Shown here: piece by piece, positions 49,640 to 59,324 of the stretch
Numbering within the stretch: position 1 is the stretch's first letter
Layout: each line of letters starts with the position of its first letter
Source of the DNA: Myxococcales bacterium
GTDB lineage: Bacteria; Desulfobacterota; Binatia; HRBIN30
Assembly: GCA_037445065.1 (NCBI GenBank)
Contig: JBBILD010000009.1
Coordinates: forward strand, 32,001 to 96,000
Length of the DNA stretch: 64,000 bases
Direction: 5' to 3'
Position numbers and translations under genes: made by a program
The notes under the pieces: model-generated
Database searches by the model: none
Told to the model about the DNA's origin: nothing
Seen by the model: only the letters and a program-made list of their open reading frames with translations

Positions 49640-51208
49640 ATGCGAGCACGGATCGTTCTCGCCCTACCAGCTCTTACTCTGTACGGCCTCTTTCTTGCGC
49701 GCTTCGACCCGTCCAGGTTCGACCTTCCCACCGAGGCAAGCTGGCTGGGAGCTTGGGTCTTGTTCGTACTCGCCTTTTGGCAGGCCCCGCTCCAGGAACA
49801 TTCTCGGCTCCCACAGCCATACGGGATCTACGCGGCTTACGTCCTTGCGCTTTTGCCGTGGGTGACCGACTGGCGCTGGGTGGCGGCGGGGGATTCTCTT
49901 TCGTGGTTCGATCAAGGAGTCGTGCTCGCCGAGTACGGGCCGCAACGGAGCTTGCTTTCGGCGCTCGGCGTGGCGCAGTTTTCCTACGGGCAAGCAAGCC
50001 TTCACAACTTCTTCATGTGGCTAGTGGAGCCTACCGTGAGCTGGCACCGGCTCGGCCAGGTCCTTACTGGGCTTGCCTGCCTGGCCGCGATTTACACGGT
50101 GTTTGCCCGCTTGTTCTCGCCGGACTTCGGGCTCGCGGTTGCGCTGGGCAGCATGACCACCTCGGTCATGCTCGTCCACACCTACATCAGCTACCCGCTG
50201 CTCGACGGGATCGCGATTGCCTTTGCCGCCTGGGCCGCGGCGCTGTGGATCGAACGCGCACCGAATGACCGCCGGGCGTGGCTCTGCTTCGGGGTTGCCA
50301 CGGGCCTCATGTGGTACCTGACGCAAAGCTCGTGGCCGACCGGAATTCTCCTGTGGGCCTACTTGAGCGCCAGCGTGTTGGGGCGCTGGCGCCGATGGTC
50401 CGAGTGGGCCTTGGCCGCCCTCACCCAGGCTTTGATTGCCCTGCCGCTCTGGCTGCAGATCTGGCACGGGGAAGCGGCAAACATGTTCAGTCTGGTTCTT
50501 GCCGAACCAGAAGGGAAACCGAATCATGCCCTTCTCTTGTTCGAGGCTCTCACTTTCCCGTTTGCCTCCCAGTACCAAAGTGCTGGCGCTTTCGGCCCGC
50601 AGCTACCCACCGGCTTCCGCTGGCTGTTCGTGATCGGGGTCGTGGTCGCCCTTTGGCAGGCACGCCGATCAGGCCCGGTGCGGGCGGTGGTGGCGCTTTG
50701 GTTCGCAAACGTGTTGTTCCTTGCTTTTGCGCAAGGCCCGTATCTGAGCGTGTCGGTCAAGCGCGCGCTCTTTCTGATCCCCTTCGCTACCGCCTTTGCG
50801 CTTTTGCCCATTGCCCGCTCCTTGCGCTCGGCCGCCGTTGCGGTGCCCTTGCTGGGGCTGTGGGCTAGCCTCGGCGTGTACGACCTTGCGTATCGGATGC
50901 AGCCCGGGCGGATCGGGTACACGTTGCTCGACGGCGTCGTAGAAGCGTCGCAGCGCTTCCGCGGGCGGCCGGTGTGCATTTTTACCAGCAACGACCCGTG
51001 GGCGGAGGTGTACGGACCGGGTGGTCTAGTGGACCGGGCCTACCACCTCTACCCGCGGGTGCGGCGCGTGACCGACCTGCAAGATCCCCACTGCGACCAA
51101 GTCCTCTGTTACTCTCCGGACATTGACCCGCAGGTCTCACTCCTCTCCCTCGGATACCGCGAAGTGGCCATGGAGAACACCGTGGAGCTTCGCTGCGGCG
51201 AGCGCTGA
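49640..51208 (+). CDS. Polytopic membrane protein, possible GT-C-fold glycosyltransferase
   Basis: About 12 hydrophobic segments, acidic residue in the first loop (AGDSLSWFD) and a Cys-containing soluble C-terminal domain; function inferred only from topology. Confidence 0.55.
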   Translation: MRARIVLALPALTLYGLFLARFDPSRFDLPTEASWLGAWVLFVLAFWQAPLQEHSRLPQPYGIYAAYVLALLPWVTDWRWVAAGDSLSWFDQGVVLAEYGPQRSLLSALGVAQFSYGQASLHNFFMWLVEPTVSWHRLGQVLTGLACLAAIYTVFARLFSPDFGLAVALGSMTTSVMLVHTYISYPLLDGIAIAFAAWAAALWIERAPNDRRAWLCFGVATGLMWYLTQSSWPTGILLWAYLSASVLGRWRRWSEWALAALTQALIALPLWLQIWHGEAANMFSLVLAEPEGKPNHALLLFEALTFPFASQYQSAGAFGPQLPTGFRWLFVIGVVVALWQARRSGPVRAVVALWFANVLFLAFAQGPYLSVSVKRALFLIPFATAFALLPIARSLRSAAVAVPLLGLWASLGVYDLAYRMQPGRIGYTLLDGVVEASQRFRGRPVCIFTSNDPWAEVYGPGGLVDRAYHLYPRVRRVTDLQDPHCDQVLCYSPDIDPQVSLLSLGYREVAMENTVELRCGER

Positions 51209-51275
51209 AGGAGAAAAGCGGGAGCGCTTCGGTGGGTGGGGGAGTCGGCAGCGTTTGCGGGCGTTACCGCTCGGC

Positions 51276-52190
51276 TCAACCGCGCGGATGGAACTTGCGG
51301 TGCACTTGCCGCAAGTGCTCGCTGCTGACCTGGGTGTAAATCTGCGTGGTACCGATGTCGGCATGCCCGAGCATGAGCTGCACGGCGCGCAGGTCGGCTC
51401 CGGCTTGGACCAAGTGCGTCGCAAACGAGTGGCGCAGGGTGTGCGGTGTGAGCTTCTCTGCCAAGCCCAAGCGCTGGACCAGTTGCGCCAGGCGACGCGC
51501 TACGTGGGTGCGGCGCAGCGGCCGGCCACGACGGGAAAGAAACAGGTACGGGCTCGACCCTGGCCGGGCCAGACGCGGGCGGACCTGCTGGAGGTAGTGT
51601 GCCAGCCGCTCGCGCGCATAGCGCCCGATCGGCACCACTCGCTCCTTGCGACCCTTGCCGATCACGCGCACAAAGCCCGCCTCCAGGTTGATGCCCTCCA
51701 AACGCAGGGACACCGCCTCGGAAACGCGCAGGCCGGCTGCGTACACGAGTTCGAGCAAGGCACGGTCGCGCTGCAGGGCGAGGTCGTCGTCCGGTTGGGT
51801 GGCCAGGAGTTCCTCCACCGTTTGCACCGACACTGCCTTCGGCAACAGTTGGGGCAACTTGGGTAGCGGCAGGTCGCGCCGGAAGTCCCCCGCCAGCCAC
51901 TGTTCCCGCTGAGCGAAGCGGCAGAAGCTGCGCACTGCGGAGAGCACCCGCGCCCGGGAGCGGGCCGCAAGGCCGCTTTGGTGCAACGCGTCCACGAAGC
52001 TCTGCAAATCCGCCCCCGAGAGGGCCTGCAGCGAGGTTTTGCCCCGCTGCTCGGCGTGGCGGAGCAAGCGCTGCAAGTCGCGCGCGTAGGCTTCCAAGGT
52101 GGCCTTCGAGCAACCTCGCTCGGTAGCCAGGAAGGTCAGGAAGCGATCCACCGCCTCGTCCCAGCCCAGCTCGCGCTTGCCCCTAGCCAT
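51276..52190 (-). CDS. xerD: Site-specific tyrosine recombinase XerD
   Basis: TLEAYARDL, LVYAAGLRVSE, GKGRKERVVP, HTLRHSFATHL and MLGHADIGTTQIY. Confidence 0.93.
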   Translation of the reverse strand: MARGKRELGWDEAVDRFLTFLATERGCSKATLEAYARDLQRLLRHAEQRGKTSLQALSGADLQSFVDALHQSGLAARSRARVLSAVRSFCRFAQREQWLAGDFRRDLPLPKLPQLLPKAVSVQTVEELLATQPDDDLALQRDRALLELVYAAGLRVSEAVSLRLEGINLEAGFVRVIGKGRKERVVPIGRYARERLAHYLQQVRPRLARPGSSPYLFLSRRGRPLRRTHVARRLAQLVQRLGLAEKLTPHTLRHSFATHLVQAGADLRAVQLMLGHADIGTTQIYTQVSSEHLRQVHRKFHPRG

Positions 52191-52193
52191 GGC

Positions 52194-54917
52194 TTACCCA
52201 GCCGCAGCCACGCTCCCCGAGTCCTCGCTCAAGCGCGCGTAGAGTTCGCTTCGAATGCGTTCGATTTCCTTCGGCTCGGTGATCTTTTGGCCGGTTTGGT
52301 CGGTGACGTAAAACACGTCCAGCACCTGATCCACGTTGGTGGTGATCTTAGCGATGTGAATCGAGAGACCCACGTGAAACAGCGTGTTGGTAATCGTGAA
52401 CAGCAAGCCCACGCGGTCGTGGGTGTAGACGTCGAGCACCGTGTAGTGAGCCGAGACTTCGTTGTCCACGTCAATCTGGGTCGGCACCTTGGGCACGTAG
52501 CGCCGCGGCAAGGCCAAGGACGGGCGGGCACGTTCCACGAGTTCTTCGACGTCCACTTGCCCGGCTAGCACTGCCCGCAAGTTGTCCTCCGCGCGCTGCC
52601 AGCGCTCGGCGCGCATCACCACTTCGGGCTGATCTCCGTGGGAGATTCGAAATACGTCCAAAACGAAGCCGCTCGAACTCGTGTGGATGTTCGCGGTGAG
52701 GATGTTCATCCCTTGGGCGAGCAACACGCCGGTGATGCGCGCGAACAAGCCAGGCTGGTCGCGGGTAATGACGGTCCACTCGCTAAAGGCGCGTTCGCGA
52801 AAGTGGCGCACCTCGCACACCAGGTCACCCTCGCGATAGCGGTCGAACAGCTCGAGGTGGTGCAGGATGGTCTCCTCGGTCGTACTCAAGAAGTAGCGCT
52901 CGGGCATTTCCGCCAAGAAGCGGTCGCGCACGGCGGCAGGCACCTTGGAAGAAGCGGCCACGCGCGCACGAATGCGGGCTGCCCGCTCGTGGTAGTCCTG
53001 CTCGATCATGGCTTCGCGTTCGAACGCCTCTGCGGTGCGCAGGTAGAGTTCGGCGAGCAACATATCGTGCCAACTGTTCCAGATCTTCGGCCCCACCGCC
53101 CGCATATCCGCAAAAGTGAGCAAATAGAGCCGTTTGAGATTGTCCAGCGTTCCGACCCGTGCAGCGAAATCGAGGATGAGGCGCGGGTCATGGATGTCGC
53201 GCCGCTGTGCCAGGTGCGACATGTTCAAATGGTGCGCGACCAAGAAGCGCACCTGTTCGGCCTCATCCGGGTTCAAGTCGAGCCGCGCCGCAATCGCGCT
53301 ACACATCGCGGCACCCCGTTCTGAGTGGCCGCCACCGCGGCCTTTCCCGATGTCGTGCAACAGCATGCCGAGGAGCAGAAGGTCGTGCCGGTCGATGTCA
53401 CGCATCACGTGGGTGAGGAGCGGCACCATCTCCTGGTACTTGCCGGCACGCAACCACTCGAGTTCTTGCACCGCGCGCAGGGAGTGCTCGTCTACGGTGT
53501 AAATGTGATACGCGTCGTGCAACGCCATGCAGGTGAGGGCACCGAACTCGGGAAGAAACGCGCCCAAAACCCCGGCTTGATGCATGGCGCGCAAGGTCTG
53601 CGCCACGTTGCGACCGCGCAAGATTTCCTTGAACGTGGCCACCGCTTCGGGTCGCACCCGCTGCCGCTCGTCCATGAGATGGGCGAGATGCCGCACCAAC
53701 CGCCGCGAGGCGTGGGAGACTTCCACGCCATGGCGCTGCGCGTCATGAAAGATGCGCAGGAGGTTGACTGGGTCCTCCTCGAGGATGCGTGCGTCGGTGA
53801 CGTTCAACAGCCCTTGCACGATCGCCACTCCCGGACGCAAGCGGCGGGCCCGGTTCCAGCCAAAGGAAAACACCGAGCGGCGGGGCGGGCTGCAGCGCTC
53901 GGTCATGTCCGCGAGAAAGCGTTCCAAGGTGGAGGCCGCCAAATAGTACCGCCGCATCATCTGCTCGACACCCTTGAGTGCCGGCGAGTCGCGGAAGCCG
54001 AGTAGGGGGGCGATTTCCTCCTGATACTCGAAGGTGAGCTGGTCCTGGTGCTGGCGCGCTAAGAAGTGCAGCGAGTTGCGCACCCGAAACAAGAAATCTC
54101 GCGCGCCTTCGATCTCCTCTTCCTCGCGTTCGCTCAGGACTCCCTTTTGCACGAGTTCGGCCAAGCGGTTGGTCTTGAACTTGACCTTGGCCATCCACAG
54201 CGCCGAGTGCAGCTCGCGCAAGCCGCCCTGGCCCTCTTTGACGTGGGGTTCGAGCAAGTAAACCGAATCGCCGTAACGATGGTGGCGAGCCTCGATCTCG
54301 GCCAACACGTCGCGAAAGAAGCGCTCCGCGTTCCGGTTCAACACCTCTCGTTCGAAGCGCAACGCAAAGTCGCGGTACAACTCCGCATCCCCACAAATCT
54401 GCCGCGCATCGAGCAACGCGGTCTTCACCTTGAAGTCCTGATTGGCGAGGCTCACGCACTCGCGCACGTTGCGCAGTGCGTGGCCCACGGTGAGGCGTGC
54501 GTCCCACAAAACGTACAGGATCCGCTCAGCCACGTACTCGACGAACGGATCGCTTTTGTACGGGTACAGGAACAAGAGGTCCAAATCCGAGTACGGGTTG
54601 AGTTCGGCGCGGCCGTATCCCCCTTGCGCCACGAGTGCACAGCGCTGGTCGAGCCGCCCGAAGCGTTCTTGCGCCTCTTGCACGGCACGTTCGAAGAGGA
54701 CGCAAATCAACTGATCCATGGCGCGGGTGTACGCCTGCACCACCGCTGCGCCCGAAGCGCCGCGGCGGTGCCAGTCGAACAAACGCTCGCGGGTACGGTC
54801 GAGGAACTGCCGGGCGCTGAGCCCCCAGTCCTGCCCTTCGAGCAACAGCGCTTCGCTCGCTGGCTGCTCGAACTCCGCTTGCGCCTGCAACGCTTGATGC
54901 ATGGATGGTTGAGGCAT
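52194..54917 (-). CDS. glnD: [Protein-PII] uridylyltransferase/uridylyl-removing enzyme
   Basis: GGYGRAELNPYSDLDLL, EPHVKEGQGGLR, HIYTVDEH, LLHDIGKG and two ACT domains. Confidence 0.96.
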   Translation of the reverse strand: MPQPSMHQALQAQAEFEQPASEALLLEGQDWGLSARQFLDRTRERLFDWHRRGASGAAVVQAYTRAMDQLICVLFERAVQEAQERFGRLDQRCALVAQGGYGRAELNPYSDLDLLFLYPYKSDPFVEYVAERILYVLWDARLTVGHALRNVRECVSLANQDFKVKTALLDARQICGDAELYRDFALRFEREVLNRNAERFFRDVLAEIEARHHRYGDSVYLLEPHVKEGQGGLRELHSALWMAKVKFKTNRLAELVQKGVLSEREEEEIEGARDFLFRVRNSLHFLARQHQDQLTFEYQEEIAPLLGFRDSPALKGVEQMMRRYYLAASTLERFLADMTERCSPPRRSVFSFGWNRARRLRPGVAIVQGLLNVTDARILEEDPVNLLRIFHDAQRHGVEVSHASRRLVRHLAHLMDERQRVRPEAVATFKEILRGRNVAQTLRAMHQAGVLGAFLPEFGALTCMALHDAYHIYTVDEHSLRAVQELEWLRAGKYQEMVPLLTHVMRDIDRHDLLLLGMLLHDIGKGRGGGHSERGAAMCSAIAARLDLNPDEAEQVRFLVAHHLNMSHLAQRRDIHDPRLILDFAARVGTLDNLKRLYLLTFADMRAVGPKIWNSWHDMLLAELYLRTAEAFEREAMIEQDYHERAARIRARVAASSKVPAAVRDRFLAEMPERYFLSTTEETILHHLELFDRYREGDLVCEVRHFRERAFSEWTVITRDQPGLFARITGVLLAQGMNILTANIHTSSSGFVLDVFRISHGDQPEVVMRAERWQRAEDNLRAVLAGQVDVEELVERARPSLALPRRYVPKVPTQIDVDNEVSAHYTVLDVYTHDRVGLLFTITNTLFHVGLSIHIAKITTNVDQVLDVFYVTDQTGQKITEPKEIERIRSELYARLSEDSGSVAAAG

Positions 54918-54963
54918 TGTCTACCGTTTGGCGCCGCGGGCGCAAGGGCAAAGAGACCTCCTC

Positions 54964-57564
54964 TCAGCGTTTGCGCGCCAAGCGGCGCGCCTGTTGCACG
55001 AATTCGTCGAGCTTGACTAGCGCTTCTACGGGAGTCAGCCGCTCCACCTCGAGCCCGGCGAGTTCCTCCGCCAGGCGTTCTCCCGGGTCTTCGAACAAGG
55101 GCATTTGCCCCACCTCGGTCTCACCGCTGCGCGCCAAGCGCGGCTGGCCTGCCGCGTCGAGTTCCCCTTGCTCCAGGTTGTGGAGGATCTCGCGCGCGCG
55201 CCGGATCACCGCCTCGGGCACGCCGGCGAGGCGGGCGACCTCGATTCCGTAACTTTTACTGGCCGGACCGGGGACGATGCGGCGCAAAAACATCACCTCG
55301 CCCTTCCATTCGCGCACGGCCACCGAGAAGTTGGCGATGCGCGGGAACAGCCGCGCCAGATCGGTGAGTTCGTGGTAGTGGGTGGCGAACAATACCAGGG
55401 GCCGCAATTTCGACTCGTGCAAGTACTCCGCCACTGCCCAGGCGATCGAAATGCCGTCGAAGGTGCTCGTGCCACGACCGATCTCGTCGAGGATCACCAG
55501 GCTGCGGGGGCTCAAGTGCGCCAAGATGTGGGCCGTTTCCTTCATCTCGACCATGAACGTGGATTCGCCTTCGGCCAAGTTGTCGGCAGCGCCGACGCGG
55601 GTGAACAAGCGGTCCACCACACCAAGGTGAGCCTCGGCGGCGGGAACGAAGCTGCCCATTTGAGCCAGCAATACGATCAATGCCACTTGCCGCAGGTAGG
55701 TGGACTTACCGGCCATGTTCGGGCCGGTGAGGGTGACCATCTGCACGCGCTCGGGGTCGAGTTCGCAGTCGTTGGGAACAAAGCCCTGGCGGCCAGCCAT
55801 GGCTTCGACCACCGGGTGGCGCCCTTCCCGGATCCACAACCGGCGGCTGCGATCGAGTTTGGGCCGCACGTAACGGTTCTGCTCAGCCACCTCGGCCAGC
55901 GAGCACAATACATCTAGCCGGGCGAGTGCTTGTGCCGTACGCGCCAGCGCGGCCTGATGCGCGCACACGCGTTCCAGCAACTGCGCAAACAATTCCGCCT
56001 CGCGGGCGCGCAGCCGTTCCTCGGCGCCGACCACGCGCCGCTCGTACTCTTCGAGCTGCTCGGTCACAAAGCGCTCCGCGTTGGCAGTGGTTTGCTTGCG
56101 GCGGTAGTCGCTCGGTACCAAGTGCAAGTTGGGCTTGGTGACCTCGATGTAGTACCCGAACACGTTGTTAAAGCGTACCTTGAGCGAGCCGATGCCGGTG
56201 CGCTGCCGCTCCCGTGCCTCGAGTTCCGCGATAAACTGCTTGCCACTTTGTGCCAGGCCGCGCAGTTCATCCACGACCGGATCGAAACCCGGGCGAATCA
56301 GGGGCGCCTGGTGCAACTGCGCCGGTACTTCGTCTACCAGCGCCCGCTTCAGTTCCTCGACGACCTCGGGCAGGGCTTCGATTTCGGCCGCACACTGGCC
56401 GAGCAGGCGGGCGCCCGCGTCTTGCAACTCGCGCTGGCAGGCAGCAGCTTGCTCGAGCGCGTGGCGCAAAGCGGCGAGATCCCGGGGCTGCACGCGCCGT
56501 GAACCTAGCCGGCTGTTGAGCCGCTCGAGATCGCCCAGGGTGGCCAGTAAGCGCTGCAGATCCCGCCGCCACGAGCTTCGCTCCCGCAGCTCTTCGACCG
56601 CGTCGAGCCGCGCCCCGATGGCAACCGGGTCGGTCAGCGGCGCAAGCAGCCAGCGGCGGAGCAAGCGGCTGCCCATGGCGGTGCGGGTGCGATCGAGCAC
56701 CCACAAGAGAGAACCGCGCTGCTCGCCGCGAAAGGTGGCGAACAATTCCAAGTTCCGCTGGGTGGCCGCATCGAGGGAGAGCTGGGCCTTGCGGTCGAAC
56801 ACTTCCGGAGGCCGGAAATGACCGAGGCCCGCTCGGTGCGTGCGTTCGAGATAGGCAAGCGCTGCTCCCAAGGCTGCCAGCGCAGGGGTGCCGGCGGCCA
56901 GCTCGATTTGCTGCTTTGCCGCCCAGCAATTCGCCACCGCAGCCGAAAAGGAATCCGGCTCTACAAAGCTTACGCTTACACTGGGCAAGCAGCGGCGCAG
57001 CGCCTCCGCCCAAGCTTGCTCTCCTTCAGCGAGCAACACCTCGCGCGGCGCCCAAACGCGGAGTTCCTCCCACAGTTCCGCCTCCTCTCCCAGACTCAGC
57101 AGGTACGATTCCCCGGTCGAGAGTTCCACCAGGGCGAGTTCCCGTTTCTCGGCGCTAGGCTGCACAGCGGCCAAGTAGTTCGGCAGGCGCGGATCGAGGC
57201 ATTCCTCTTCGACCACCGTACCGGCAGTGACCACGCGCACCACCGCGCGCTCTACCAAGCCGCGCGCGGTGGCTGGGTCTTCCATCTGTTCGCAAATCGC
57301 CACCTTGAAGCCAGCGGCGAGCAACTTGGCGATGTAGCTTTGCGCAGCGAAGTGCGGAATCCCGCACATGGGGATGGGCACTTCATCCTTGCGGCTGCGT
57401 GTGGTCAGGACCACGTCCAAGATGGGCGCCGCCGTTTCCGCATCCTCGAAAAACAGCTCGTAAAAATCTCCCAAGCGAAACAGGAGCAGCGCATCGGGGT
57501 GCTCGCTCTTGAGCCGCAGATACTGCTCCATCATCGGCGTCAGCTTAGGCCCTACCCGCTCCAT
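54964..57564 (-). CDS. mutS: DNA mismatch repair protein MutS
   Basis: TPMMEQY, FRLGDFYELF, TGPNMAGKST, STFMVEM, DEIGRGTST and SYGIEVARLAG. Confidence 0.97.
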   Translation of the reverse strand: MERVGPKLTPMMEQYLRLKSEHPDALLLFRLGDFYELFFEDAETAAPILDVVLTTRSRKDEVPIPMCGIPHFAAQSYIAKLLAAGFKVAICEQMEDPATARGLVERAVVRVVTAGTVVEEECLDPRLPNYLAAVQPSAEKRELALVELSTGESYLLSLGEEAELWEELRVWAPREVLLAEGEQAWAEALRRCLPSVSVSFVEPDSFSAAVANCWAAKQQIELAAGTPALAALGAALAYLERTHRAGLGHFRPPEVFDRKAQLSLDAATQRNLELFATFRGEQRGSLLWVLDRTRTAMGSRLLRRWLLAPLTDPVAIGARLDAVEELRERSSWRRDLQRLLATLGDLERLNSRLGSRRVQPRDLAALRHALEQAAACQRELQDAGARLLGQCAAEIEALPEVVEELKRALVDEVPAQLHQAPLIRPGFDPVVDELRGLAQSGKQFIAELEARERQRTGIGSLKVRFNNVFGYYIEVTKPNLHLVPSDYRRKQTTANAERFVTEQLEEYERRVVGAEERLRAREAELFAQLLERVCAHQAALARTAQALARLDVLCSLAEVAEQNRYVRPKLDRSRRLWIREGRHPVVEAMAGRQGFVPNDCELDPERVQMVTLTGPNMAGKSTYLRQVALIVLLAQMGSFVPAAEAHLGVVDRLFTRVGAADNLAEGESTFMVEMKETAHILAHLSPRSLVILDEIGRGTSTFDGISIAWAVAEYLHESKLRPLVLFATHYHELTDLARLFPRIANFSVAVREWKGEVMFLRRIVPGPASKSYGIEVARLAGVPEAVIRRAREILHNLEQGELDAAGQPRLARSGETEVGQMPLFEDPGERLAEELAGLEVERLTPVEALVKLDEFVQQARRLARKR

Positions 57565-57606
57565 GGCGCCCGATTCTCGCACCCTCTCCCCCTACCGGCA
57601 ATGAAA

Positions 57607-58644
57607 CTAGGGAGCCTCCGCCGCGCCGGCCGCCGGAAGGGCAAGCCGGCCTTCGATCAGCGCCTGGTGTTGCGGCAACAAGTGGGTTGCCTGCGCGAGC
57701 GCCTCACGCGCCGCGGCTGCTTCGCCTTGCAAGCGATAGAGGTCCGCCAAACCGCACCAGCCTTCCCAGTCGTTGGGCACGAGCGAAAGCAAGGCCCGAT
57801 AGCCGTCCAGCGCTTTGCGGACCTCGCCCCGCATGGCCAGCAGCTCGAGCTCCAGCCACTCTCGCTCGCTCACCGGCAGGCGATTGCTGAGCAACAGGGC
57901 GTTTTGTCTCGCCTGTACCGCCAGCTCGCGTTCCCCGAGCCAACGGTGCAACTCGGCCAAGCGCAAGTAGGCGAGGGCAAACTGCGGGTCAGCGGCAATC
58001 GCTTCCTGCCAGAGGAGGCGGGCCTGTAGATACTCGGCGCGAAAGAAACGCTCCTCGCCGGCGAGGAAAGCCCGCAGGGCGTCTGGGTCGGACGACGTGA
58101 CGGCACCGACGCGCGCGATGCGCACCTCGTCGGGGGCTAAGCGGTTCTGCAACAAGGCGTCGGCTAGCCGGTCTACCAGCTCTGCCCACTTACCCGGCCG
58201 GCCGCTTGCTTCGACCACCACCGGCTCGCCCTCTGGCTCGGCCGCGGAAAGCCACGCCGCGCGAGCTTGCACCGTGCTCGCGGTCATGCGCAACTCACCG
58301 ACCACGATCGCCTGTGCGGCGAGCCTCTTAGCCAGGGAGCGGGCGGCAGCGGGCTCGCGCAGCGAGGGCGCGGCAGCACCGCTGCGGGCTGCCACCACCT
58401 CTGGCGCCACCCGGCGCCAACCACCATTACCGGCAATACGTGCGGCGAGTAGGCGCGGCAGCCCGAAGGCGAGACCCTCTGGATCCTCCCCTGCGGCCAG
58501 CGCAAACGGGGCAACCGCGACCACGCGGTACTCTGCCGGGGTGTGGCCATCCACGGCGTCCTGGCGCGAGCGGTACCACACAGCGGTGATCACCACCGCC
58601 AACAAGGCGAGCAACAACACCAGGCGCCAGCGAAGCAGGGCCAT
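57607..58644 (-). CDS. Membrane-anchored TolB-like/TPR protein
   Basis: N-terminal TM, VAVAPF alpha/beta domain, TSSDPDALRAFLAGE and TPR repeats (AIAADPQFALAYLRLA). Confidence 0.75.
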   Translation of the reverse strand: MALLRWRLVLLLALLAVVITAVWYRSRQDAVDGHTPAEYRVVAVAPFALAAGEDPEGLAFGLPRLLAARIAGNGGWRRVAPEVVAARSGAAAPSLREPAAARSLAKRLAAQAIVVGELRMTASTVQARAAWLSAAEPEGEPVVVEASGRPGKWAELVDRLADALLQNRLAPDEVRIARVGAVTSSDPDALRAFLAGEERFFRAEYLQARLLWQEAIAADPQFALAYLRLAELHRWLGERELAVQARQNALLLSNRLPVSEREWLELELLAMRGEVRKALDGYRALLSLVPNDWEGWCGLADLYRLQGEAAAAREALAQATHLLPQHQALIEGRLALPAAGAAEAP

Positions 58645-58704
58645 CGGGCTCGCCGCGAGCCGCCGCTCAAGCGGGCAGGCGAACGGCCTCCGCGCTCGGC
58701 ACGT

Positions 58705-59208
58705 TCAGCCGCCGTAAAAGGTTTTCTCGCCGAGGTCTTTGAGCCACAGGGCCGCGTCATCCGGGCGGCCGCTCGGGGCCTGCCGCAGAACTGCGTTCAC
58801 CACCTCCCCGACGACCACCGAGTGATCCCCGCGCGCGATGAGGTCGGTCACCTTGCACTCGACGGCTGCCGGCGCATTGAGCAACAGTGGCGCGCCCGTG
58901 GTTCCGCGTTCGTAGGGCTCACCGGAGAGTCGGTCACCCTCCTTGGTCACCGGTTTGAAAAAGGTGAAGGCAAGCGCTTGCTGCCCTTTGCCGAGAACAT
59001 TGAGGGCAAAGGCAAGGGTTTCTTGCACCAAGGCGTGTGCGTTGGAGTCAGCCTTGATCCCCACCACCACCAACGGCGGCTCGAAGGAAGCTTGGGTCAC
59101 CCAATTCACGGTAGCGGCGGCAACCTCGCCGCGGCTGTTTTCCGCGGTCAGAACGTACAAGCCATACGGGATCATGCGCAGTGCGGTTTTCTTCGCATTC
59201 GGATCCAT
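58705..59208 (-). CDS. Flavin reductase family protein
   Basis: ALRMIPYGLYVLT, WVTQASFEPP, GAPLL and GDHSVVVGEV. Confidence 0.92.
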   Translation of the reverse strand: MDPNAKKTALRMIPYGLYVLTAENSRGEVAAATVNWVTQASFEPPLVVVGIKADSNAHALVQETLAFALNVLGKGQQALAFTFFKPVTKEGDRLSGEPYERGTTGAPLLLNAPAAVECKVTDLIARGDHSVVVGEVVNAVLRQAPSGRPDDAALWLKDLGEKTFYGG

Positions 59209-59324
59209 GAGCGACTCTCCTTTCTTCTCGTTCCTAGAGCTCGCGAACCGGGCACGGTTTTGCTCGCCCCGATCCGAGCGAGCCCCTCCAAGCTGGCGAG
59301 CGTAACAAGCGAAGTCAACGGCCC

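Noticed and set aside
51276..52190. Tyrosine recombinase as prophage or integron integrase
   Set aside because: Sequence and glnD context match housekeeping XerD; no IntI-specific insertion or phage genes seen.
57582..57597. CCCTCTCCC upstream of mutS as another palindromic element
   Set aside because: Only one arm is present; more simply read as a purine-rich SD-like tract on the minus strand.
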